Source: Candidatus Nitrosopelagicus brevis (GTDB lineage Archaea; Thermoproteota; Nitrososphaeria; Nitrososphaerales; Nitrosopumilaceae). Taken from it: DNA of 32,000 nt. Under the pieces are notes generated by a model, which was not told the DNA's origin, searched no databases, and worked only from the letters and a program-made list of their open reading frames with translations. Position numbers and translations under genes: made by a program. Below, piece after piece: positions 18,529-25,372 of this stretch. How positions within the stretch are numbered: the first letter of the stretch is position 1; every line of letters starts with the position of its first letter. Location: contig NZ_CP007026.1 of assembly GCF_000812185.1 (NCBI RefSeq), forward strand, positions 234,426-266,425. The letters are read 5' to 3'.

Positions 18529-18779
18529 TATTTTATTACCTCCATGGAAAGATTTACGTGTTCCAATACCTCATCAACGGTTGAAATTAATTTCCGTAAG
18601 TCTCCTTCATTTGAAAAACAAAACACAAGCTGGTTTTTCTTTTCATTAATTGTCAAACTCAATCCTTTAGGAAAATTAACATTATCTGGCTCTAAGGCCT
18701 TTTCTATAACTTTGGCCTTTTCTCTAGAAATATTATTGATTGCTATCTCTATCTGGCATTTTGGTGACATTGCTTTCAA
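18528..18779 (-). CDS. KEOPS subunit Pcc1-like protein
   Basis: 83 aa. The EKAKVIEKALEPDN...L...........L.F.F.....LR..ISTVDE pattern fits the Pcc1/CTAG family. The stop overlaps the serS ATG (TAATG). The N-terminal 38-47 nt overlap the upstream DHH gene. Confidence 0.6.
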   Translation of the reverse strand: MKAMSPKCQIEIAINNISREKAKVIEKALEPDNVNFPKGLSLTINEKKNQLVFCFSNEGDLRKLISTVDEVLEHVNLSMEVIK

Positions 18780-20154
18780 GATAGTCTAGAAATCCATCTA
18801 ATTTGTCTTTAGTTATTTTTGCTCCTGCAGCCGCTTCATGGCCTCCTCCAATTCCATCAAATTGCTCTGCACCTCCTCTCATAAGCTGACTTAGATTAAT
18901 AGAATTTTTACAGCTTGCAGATTTACGAGATGAAAATTTAATCGTGCCCTCTGAACCATCTGTTCTCAAAATTACTATTTTTCCTGAATTTTTTGGAGAT
19001 CCTGCAATTAATGATGATATTGTCCCTGTCATTGTTTCTGGTACTAATCCTTGTGCATTCACCATCACACAGTTTTCCATATTGTTAGTTCTCCATCTCT
19101 CATTTGATAGAACGTTCATGTATTCTCTAATCATACTTCTATATTCTGATAAAATTTTCTCACCTTCCTGTAACATCACATTTCTATCTCCCATGCAAAT
19201 TGCGATGCCTACTCCTGATTTGTTAATGCGACCACAAGAATTCAACATGGTAGAGAATTCTCTTCCATCTCTCAAAAAACTCCTTTTTTCTTCATTTGGA
19301 AATGTGTACGTATATCCAATCAATTCTTCCATTACTTGGGTGGCATTTTCTCCTTGAACAAATTTACTTATTGATTCGATAATGCTTTGTTTTTCTTCTT
19401 GTGATAAATCGGCTGGAACTCTCCATCTTGCTCCATCTTTAAGTTGAATTTTCGCATTGGTTAACATCGCAATGCAGGCATCTCGATTCCATGTCAATCC
19501 CTCAATAAATGGTTGAGATGTAAATGCAATTGCATCTGGGAGTGGTCTTGTCTCTCTGCCTACTAAAAGTAAGTCTAAATCTACGTTTACCAATCCTAGT
19601 TTCTTTGCAGTTTCTACAATCTCTAAATTTTTCCCAGTGAATGCTTTTCTCTCACCTTGATCTTGTCTGTCTCCTAATGCCGACACTACTGCAACTCTTG
19701 ATAAATCCTCATTTTCATTGTTCAGCGCATTTGATGCTAGATATGCCATTCCTCCGGCACAAATCTCCACCCCTCCATCCATTCCAAATTTCCAGGCATT
19801 GATTACTCGCTCATTGTCTTTCTCTTCATCTGAAATCTCGTGGTGATCTAGCATGAGCCAATTATCTGATAATTTCTCGTCAAGCAGTTTTCCAAAGCCT
19901 CCTCCTAAGTCGGTAATTACATGCAAATCTCTTGTCTCTTTTTGCATTTTGTCTACCAATTTTTCACTAAATTCATTAGTTGTTCTGACTGTGCATTTCG
20001 CACCTTGTCGGATTAATGCTTTTGAAATTATTGCACCTGATGTGATTCCATCACAATCGATATGCGTGGTAACTAAGATATTTTTTCTTGATTTTATTGC
20101 ATCAGAAATACGATCTGAAAAATTAGATAATGATTCTTCTAAAACTTTCCCCAT
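18733..20154 (-). CDS. DHH-family phosphoesterase, archaeal RecJ/GAN (Cdc45-like)
   Basis: 473 aa. DHH motifs THIDCDGITSG, ITDLGGG and LDHHE, with a C-terminal DHHA1-like GGGHEAAAGA. It lies directly downstream of rps15 with a TAATG overlap. Confidence 0.8.
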   Translation of the reverse strand: MGKVLEESLSNFSDRISDAIKSRKNILVTTHIDCDGITSGAIISKALIRQGAKCTVRTTNEFSEKLVDKMQKETRDLHVITDLGGGFGKLLDEKLSDNWLMLDHHEISDEEKDNERVINAWKFGMDGGVEICAGGMAYLASNALNNENEDLSRVAVVSALGDRQDQGERKAFTGKNLEIVETAKKLGLVNVDLDLLLVGRETRPLPDAIAFTSQPFIEGLTWNRDACIAMLTNAKIQLKDGARWRVPADLSQEEKQSIIESISKFVQGENATQVMEELIGYTYTFPNEEKRSFLRDGREFSTMLNSCGRINKSGVGIAICMGDRNVMLQEGEKILSEYRSMIREYMNVLSNERWRTNNMENCVMVNAQGLVPETMTGTISSLIAGSPKNSGKIVILRTDGSEGTIKFSSRKSASCKNSINLSQLMRGGAEQFDGIGGGHEAAAGAKITKDKLDGFLDYLESNVTKMPDRDSNQ

Positions 20155-20603
20155 TACTCTAACTGGGCCACTACAGACTTATATTTCCATTTTTGATCTA
20201 TGTCGCCAGTTTTTTTGTAGTGAGTTGATAGTCTGTGAACTTTGGCTTCAACTAATTCCAGAGCTCTTACATTTCTGCTATCTGATTTGTTGTCTTTGAT
20301 ATGTTTTTGAAGATTAACTGCTTTCATTACAATATTATTCAAATCTTCAGGAATATCTGGCATCAGTTTGTTTGCTTTTAGCACATCTGTGATGCTTTTG
20401 TTAATGATTGGTTTAACCAAAGGGATTGCATGTTGATCTCTCAATTTTAAACCGATTTGACTAGATGTCATACCTTCTTTTGCATATTTGGTAATCAATC
20501 CTTCAATTTCTTCATTAGTTTGTTTGACCCATTCTGGTTTTTTTGGATCGATAGGTCTGATTGAATGTGACTTCCCATGGTTATGTGTATGCAGTCTTCC
20601 CAT
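20154..20603 (-). CDS. rps15: 30S ribosomal protein S15 (uS15/S13e)
   Basis: 149 aa. MGRLHTHNHGKSHSIRP start, SQIGLKLRDQHAIP, and a C-terminal RLSTHYKK region. Confidence 0.93.
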   Translation of the reverse strand: MGRLHTHNHGKSHSIRPIDPKKPEWVKQTNEEIEGLITKYAKEGMTSSQIGLKLRDQHAIPLVKPIINKSITDVLKANKLMPDIPEDLNNIVMKAVNLQKHIKDNKSDSRNVRALELVEAKVHRLSTHYKKTGDIDQKWKYKSVVAQLE

Positions 20604-20684
20604 TTTTCTGCCTAAATTACGTACGGAATTAAATGTATCTAGCGAGATTGTTCAAAAAAGTTAAATAATAACGATAGTCAGAAA

Positions 20685-21035
20685 ATGCAGATACAAATGA
20701 ACAGATCAATAGTATTAGGCACACTTCTCGTAGGTGTTTTCTCATTGCCACTAATGTTGGCTGGTCCAGCATTTGCTCAATACATGGGCAGTGGTGGCGA
20801 AGGTGCTCAAGACGGTGGACATCCATCAATGTCTTTGGAAGCTCAATTAGAACTCGCAAAGAGAAAAGTTGACTATGCAGCAGATAATCCAGGTGCAGGT
20901 TCCGGTACTCCATACATGGATGCTGGAGGTGTATTAGGTGCATCAGCTATCGCAGCCGCAATCTTTGGTGGTATCGCAGGTGCTTTCTTCTTAAGAGGAA
21001 GAACCGGAAAATACGCCAAACCAGGAACAGGATAA
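20685..21035 (+). CDS. Small exported, C-terminally anchored membrane protein; candidate accessory AMO subunit (AmoY/AmoZ-like)
   Basis: 116 aa. Signal peptide with AFA-QY cleavage-like site, a Gly/Ala-rich ~55-aa ectodomain, a C-terminal TM helix (VLGASAIAAAIFGGIAGAFFL) and a basic tail. GC content is raised, as in the amo genes. Two minus-strand ORFs overlap it and look spurious. Confidence 0.6.
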   Translation: MQIQMNRSIVLGTLLVGVFSLPLMLAGPAFAQYMGSGGEGAQDGGHPSMSLEAQLELAKRKVDYAADNPGAGSGTPYMDAGGVLGASAIAAAIFGGIAGAFFLRGRTGKYAKPGTG

Positions 21036-21141
21036 TCTCCTTCCTTACTTCTTATTTTATTCCTAAACCTTAGCATTGGCTGATCTCGGCGTCTAATAAT
21101 TAAAAAAAATCTTTATATCGACCTCTGAATTCAAAATATTG

Positions 21142-21411
21142 ATGATTCCTGTATTCGGAACAATCTTGAGTATATTGTCTAGTCTGACCGGACAACTCGG
21201 TCCAAACTATGACCCACTATTCTACGATGTTATGGTATACATCTTTGGAACTATCATGTTCACAATATTCCTACTCGCACTGATTGCGTACTGGGTACGT
21301 ATTCATGGATGGGGATACAAAGATAATCGTGAAAGATGGGTCGATGAACTTGACAAACACTTTGAGAATGAGGGCATCGGTTTAATTCCTGATAACGGAA
21401 AATACTGGTAA
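21142..21411 (+). CDS. Small membrane protein; candidate accessory AMO subunit (AmoY/AmoZ-like)
   Basis: 89 aa from the ATG at 21142; the ORF track uses the TTG at 21139. One weak hydrophobic segment (IPVFGTILSILSSL), one strong TM helix (VMVYIFGTIMFTIFLLALIAYWV), and a charged C-terminal tail. A TATA-like tctttatatcg lies about 25 nt upstream. Confidence 0.6.
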   Translation: MIPVFGTILSILSSLTGQLGPNYDPLFYDVMVYIFGTIMFTIFLLALIAYWVRIHGWGYKDNRERWVDELDKHFENEGIGLIPDNGKYW

Positions 21412-21519
21412 ATTCAATCTCTTTCTTTTCTATTTTATACGCGTCCCTAGTGAAAACTTTGTTCAAAAATCTTTAACCTGATATTCATAATTGACTTGGT
21501 GTTATCTTGCTAGATTCTT

Positions 21520-22041
21520 CTAAAGGTCTGGAGGTAAGAAATCTGCATCCTTTGATGTGTCGTAGTCTTTTGAGGTAAATTCTGCTCTGTACGTATATCC
21601 ATCTTCTATTAACTCGTTGATGAAATGTGGTGATTCTTTACCGTTGACGATAATCTTGGATTTGCTTAGTTCCATATCTCTGATAGGGAAATCCCATGAC
21701 CATAAGAAATGGCCTATCTCAAATGGATATTCCTCAGTCCACTCTGCATAGATGGTTCCATCGTCTGTTAGGGTGTAAAGCGATCTCTGGCATCCGTCTT
21801 CAAATCCTATGTTTGCTGGAATATCTGCTCTGTTCTTGTCTATGTATAATTCCAATTGGGCTGAAATGACAAATTGAGTATCTCGCTCATTTATGCAGAC
21901 TTTGAGAGGATCGTCTTTACTAATCTGACCTTGAATTAGGCTACTTCCAACTCCTACTGTAATTGCAATTATTGCGGTAATTGCTAAAAATCTTAGAGTC
22001 TTTTTTCTCTTTGCTGGATCTCCTAACCCTGGATATTTCAT
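21520..22041 (-). CDS. Uncharacterised N-terminally anchored extracytoplasmic protein linked to amoB
   Basis: 173 aa. Basic N-terminus and one TM helix (LRFLAITAIIAITVGVGSSLI), then a soluble domain with exactly two Cys (C49, C84). I did not recognise a catalytic motif. Confidence 0.65.
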   Translation of the reverse strand: MKYPGLGDPAKRKKTLRFLAITAIIAITVGVGSSLIQGQISKDDPLKVCINERDTQFVISAQLELYIDKNRADIPANIGFEDGCQRSLYTLTDDGTIYAEWTEEYPFEIGHFLWSWDFPIRDMELSKSKIIVNGKESPHFINELIEDGYTYRAEFTSKDYDTSKDADFLPPDL

Positions 22042-22075
22042 AGCAAAACTGGATTAGTTTGGAATAAAGTCTTTT

Positions 22076-22402
22076 CTAAGCCTCTGCTAAATCATCGATA
22101 ATCTCTAAAGTATCAAATTGGTCTTGGTGGTCTGCTATGAAAAATGTAATTGGTGTCGAATCCACTTCGACCCATTCTGACTCTCCTTCGAAAGGCAGAA
22201 AGTCTTCAACTGCCAGATTGTTAGGACCTGAAAATCTAACTAGTACTTTTTGCTTTTTTTTTAATTTGAATGGTAGTTTTAGGACTTTGCCTCTTCTTTC
22301 ATCTTGTATGTTTATTGTATAATCGTCGCCTCGGAATTCTACTTTGCCTTTGAAGTAGCTTTCGTGAATATTCAGATGATCAATTTTGAATACGTGAACC
22401 AT
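22076..22402 (-). CDS. Uncharacterised small cytoplasmic protein next to amoB
   Basis: 108 aa with no TM helix or signal peptide, a Lys-rich centre (KLPFKLKKKQK) and an acidic C-terminus. It lies 34 nt upstream of the 173-aa gene on the same strand, so the two are probably co-transcribed. Confidence 0.6.
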   Translation of the reverse strand: MVHVFKIDHLNIHESYFKGKVEFRGDDYTINIQDERRGKVLKLPFKLKKKQKVLVRFSGPNNLAVEDFLPFEGESEWVEVDSTPITFFIADHQDQFDTLEIIDDLAEA

Positions 22403-22558
22403 GATTGGTTTAACCTATCCGAAGATAAAAGTAAATTGTCATTTTTAATCGTGAGTAAATATTAATCTATACTTAATTATTTGTTAAAAAAATTAAGTAG
22501 ATGAAACTTTGTGTATGCACTTAGATTTGTAATTCAATAAAAGGAAAAAAGAGTGAGT

Positions 22559-23125
22559 TTAGATTACTTGCCAAGGTCGTGTTGCAAATGTGATTACATA
22601 ACCAACTGCAATGATAATTGATTGATATGCGATGTTGGTATATGGAATAGGTTTGAGAATTGGTTCTCCTTCTACAACTACGGTTTGTCCTGGTCCAAGT
22701 CCAGGTCCTACGTGCTCAATGTTCAATTGAGTGTGGACGTGATAAACTCCTGGTTCAAGAGCACGTGCTGAGATTTCATAATCGACAACATCGTTACCTG
22801 GAATGTCAAAGACATTACCTGGTGGATCTCTTGCTAGAATCTCCCATCTGTTACCTGCGTTAGTTGACTCTGAGAAAATTGATGACCATGCACGCATGTC
22901 TGAATCAATCAAACTTACGAATGCACCGCTCAAAGTTAGAACTTCACCGGTTTGGAGGGATTGTCTGTTGAATGTTTCATCCTCAATTCGAATGAAACGA
23001 CTTTGCAATTGTGCTTGTACACCGTGGCCTTCAGCAGTTTGAATCATTGTTGCTACATTAGGTCCAAAGACTCCAACTACCATTACGGTTGCAAGTGCAA
23101 ATGCCATTACTTTTCTATCTACCAT
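22559..23125 (-). CDS. amoB: Ammonia monooxygenase subunit B (archaeal short form)
   Basis: 188 aa. N-terminal signal/TM, then EGHGVQAQLQSRFIRIED, a cupredoxin-like body and a C-terminal TM helix. It closely resembles Nitrosopumilus AmoB as I remember it, and is divergent from amoC. Confidence 0.93.
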   Translation of the reverse strand: MVDRKVMAFALATVMVVGVFGPNVATMIQTAEGHGVQAQLQSRFIRIEDETFNRQSLQTGEVLTLSGAFVSLIDSDMRAWSSIFSESTNAGNRWEILARDPPGNVFDIPGNDVVDYEISARALEPGVYHVHTQLNIEHVGPGLGPGQTVVVEGEPILKPIPYTNIAYQSIIIAVGYVITFATRPWQVI

Positions 23126-23214
23126 TGTTATCCCTTAATTGTAAACGACAGAAATGAGGAATTTAAGTTTTAACTATCGTGTCGATCCACGTTATTTTCC
23201 TCATAAAACATTCC

Positions 23215-23240
23215 AATGTTAATCATTAATGTTAATCATT
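23215..23240. promoter_or_regulatory. Tandem 13-bp palindromic motif in the amoB/amoC divergent intergenic region
   Basis: aatgttaatcatt occurs twice back to back (23215-23227 and 23228-23240). Each copy is AATG-N5-CATT. Confidence 0.4.
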
Positions 23241-23393
23241 AAAATGATGAAAAAAATTAATAAAAAAATTGTATTTTTTAAATTTATAATTGAAAAATTT
23301 ATGAAATTTTCCCATCAAAAAATGAATTTTTTGAATAAAAATCTCTAAATTCCAACCTCGTGGCTTATATTCCAAAAAGCACGTATAGATACT

Positions 23394-23957
23394 ATGGCAC
23401 AAATGCCGGCATTACTCCCAAAAGAAGTCGAAATCCAGAGATTGAAAAAAATCTGGTTAGTAGTCATCGCTATGGGATCAACAGCCGCATCCGTAGAAGT
23501 CGACAACTTTGTCGATGGTTCACTCCATCAGACTTCTATTAGAGATTCAGCATTCACTCCAGCACACTGGTGGTTATACTCTCACTTTGTAGCACTACCA
23601 CTTGGATGGGGATTCGCAGCAATCTATGATAGAAAAGTCCCAGTATTGAGAGGACCAAACAACTCTATGAACACAGGTCTAAAGATGACAATCTTAGGTT
23701 ATCTTGCAACCATGTTTACTATTGGTGTTAACGAGATGTGGCACTTTTGGTTCGTCGAAGAAATCTTCGCAGTTCCAAACCACTGGATGTTCAACATGGG
23801 TGTCGTCGTAGCCTTCATGGGTGCTCTAGCTTACGTAGTTAGAGTCTATGCAAGACTCGTCGAATTAGGTGCAGAAACACCTGGTGAAAACCCATATGTT
23901 GCAGAAATGTACAAAATGGCCCTTGAGGGTAAATTGTACAGCAGATCCATACCATAA
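23394..23957 (+). CDS. amoC: Ammonia monooxygenase subunit C
   Basis: 187 aa. MAQMPALLPKEVEIQRLKKIW..., multiple TM helices, HWWLYSHF and EMWHFW motifs. Matches archaeal AmoC. A TATA-like cttatatt lies about 27 nt upstream of the ATG. Confidence 0.95.
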   Translation: MAQMPALLPKEVEIQRLKKIWLVVIAMGSTAASVEVDNFVDGSLHQTSIRDSAFTPAHWWLYSHFVALPLGWGFAAIYDRKVPVLRGPNNSMNTGLKMTILGYLATMFTIGVNEMWHFWFVEEIFAVPNHWMFNMGVVVAFMGALAYVVRVYARLVELGAETPGENPYVAEMYKMALEGKLYSRSIP

Positions 23958-23959
23958 TC

Positions 23960-23988
23960 AAGTACAAATTCGTACTTTGTTTTTTTTA
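23960..23988 (+). terminator. Hairpin plus T-tract after amoC
   Basis: aagtac-aaattc-gtactt is a perfect 6-bp stem. It is followed by tgtttttttt, immediately after the amoC stop. Confidence 0.45.
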
Positions 23989-24068
23989 TGCTCCTACCTA
24001 ATGGTAGATCGGTTGGTGCCCAGAATCTAGGAAAGACTTTAATAGATTCTGTCGACTGATAATTCTAT

Positions 24069-24431
24069 ATGACACTTCCAAAAGGATTTGGTTCAGGTGG
24101 CGGAGGCGGAGCAGGTTCTGCTGACGTCGAGAAAATGATTGGCCGTCGTGTTGAAAACATGACTGGAATGATCACTGCATCATTTATCGCAGCATGGCTA
24201 GCAACATTTGGTGGTACTGCAGCAGGATATTTTGTATATCCTTGGGCATATCCTACACCAAGCGGACATTATGCATTTATCGTCCTGACCATTATAGAAG
24301 CAATTGGTTACCTCTTCTGTGTCAAAGTTATGGAAGAAGGAACAACTAAGAAAAGTAACGGTATAGTTGGCGGAGTATTAGGTGGAGTCACCATTGGTAC
24401 AATCGCAATCGTTATGTTCGTAGGAAAATAA
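24069..24431 (+). CDS. amoX: AmoX (ORF38-like small membrane protein of the archaeal amo cluster)
   Basis: 120 aa. Gly-rich N-terminus and three hydrophobic helices. It sits between amoC and amoA, as in other AOA. Confidence 0.85.
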   Translation: MTLPKGFGSGGGGGAGSADVEKMIGRRVENMTGMITASFIAAWLATFGGTAAGYFVYPWAYPTPSGHYAFIVLTIIEAIGYLFCVKVMEEGTTKKSNGIVGGVLGGVTIGTIAIVMFVGK

Positions 24432-24439
24432 TCAAACTC

Positions 24440-24462
24440 AGTCCTAAAGGACTTTCCTTTTT
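24440..24462 (+). terminator. Hairpin plus T-tract after amoX
   Basis: agtcc-taaa-ggact stem-loop followed by ttccttttt, 9 nt after the amoX stop. Confidence 0.45.
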
Positions 24463-24482
24463 ATCTATTCTAGTCACGGTTA

Positions 24483-24499
24483 CGTGCGCACGATCTCGG
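24483..24499 (+). promoter_or_regulatory. GC-rich box upstream of the amoA TATA element
   Basis: A perfect 10-bp palindrome cgtgcgcacg (24483-24492) runs into gatctcgg (24492-24499). The TATA-like tttttatata at 24512-24521 lies about 25 nt before the amoA ATG. Confidence 0.4.
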
Positions 24500-24542
24500 T
24501 ATTTTCCCAAATTTTTATATACTAACCGACAGGAATATTTTC

Positions 24543-25193
24543 ATGGTCTGGCTTAGACGATGTACTCACTACTTATTCATAGTAGTAGTCGCAGTCAACT
24601 CAACTTTGCTAACAATCAACGCAGGGGACTACATCTTCTATACTGATTGGGCCTGGACATCGTTTGTAGTATTCTCAATATCTCAAACACTTATGCTCAC
24701 TGTAGGTGCGTGTTACTATCTCACCTTCACTGGAGTTCCAGGAACCGCAACGTACTATGCATTAATCATGACAGTCTACACATGGATTGCAAAAGGTGCA
24801 TGGTTCGCATTAGGTTACCCATATGACTTCATCGTTACACCAGTTTGGCTACCATCAGCAATGCTGTTGGACTTAGCGTACTGGGCAACAAAGAAGAATA
24901 AGCACTCTCTGATACTGTTCGGCGGAGTCTTAGTTGGAATGTCATTGCCACTATTCAACATGGTCAATTTGATCACTGTGGCTGACCCACTAGAGACTGC
25001 ATTCAAGTATCCAAGACCAACGTTACCACCATATATGACCCCGATAGAACCGCAGGTAGGTAAATTCTACAACAGCCCTGTTGCACTTGGTGCCGGTGCT
25101 GGAGCAGTATTAGCCTGTACATTTGCGGCTTTAGGTTGTAAACTTACAACATGGACATACAGATGGATGGCCGCTTGGTCAAAGTGGGATTAG
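24543..25193 (+). CDS. amoA: Ammonia monooxygenase subunit A
   Basis: 216 aa. MVWLRRCTHYLFIVVVAVNSTLLTINAGDYIFYTDWAWTS...WSKWD is near-identical to Nitrosopumilus AmoA as I recall it. Confidence 0.98.
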   Translation: MVWLRRCTHYLFIVVVAVNSTLLTINAGDYIFYTDWAWTSFVVFSISQTLMLTVGACYYLTFTGVPGTATYYALIMTVYTWIAKGAWFALGYPYDFIVTPVWLPSAMLLDLAYWATKKNKHSLILFGGVLVGMSLPLFNMVNLITVADPLETAFKYPRPTLPPYMTPIEPQVGKFYNSPVALGAGAGAVLACTFAALGCKLTTWTYRWMAAWSKWD

Positions 25194-25372
25194 AAAAACC
25201 CATTTCCTCTTTTCATTTTATTGAATACTAGTTAGGCAGCGCCTTAATCGATGAAATTATCCAAAAACGAAATTTGTATTTAACCTATTGCCCGTAAATC
25301 AATTAATTCTTCACACTTGGTGATCTTAGATTCACTTGGCTAGACAAAACCTGATTATGAAAGAAAGTAGCC

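Noticed and set aside
20629-21076. Minus-strand ORFs 20629..20943 and 20873..21076
   Set aside because: They overlap the plus-strand 116-aa ORF, which has a coherent signal peptide, ectodomain and TM-anchor architecture and a promoter-like element. The local GC enrichment keeps several frames open by chance.
23360-23542. 60-aa plus-strand ORF overlapping the amoC 5' end
   Set aside because: It is an alternative frame of the well-supported amoC gene. It starts inside the amoC TATA/promoter region and its product is Arg/Ser-rich with no features.
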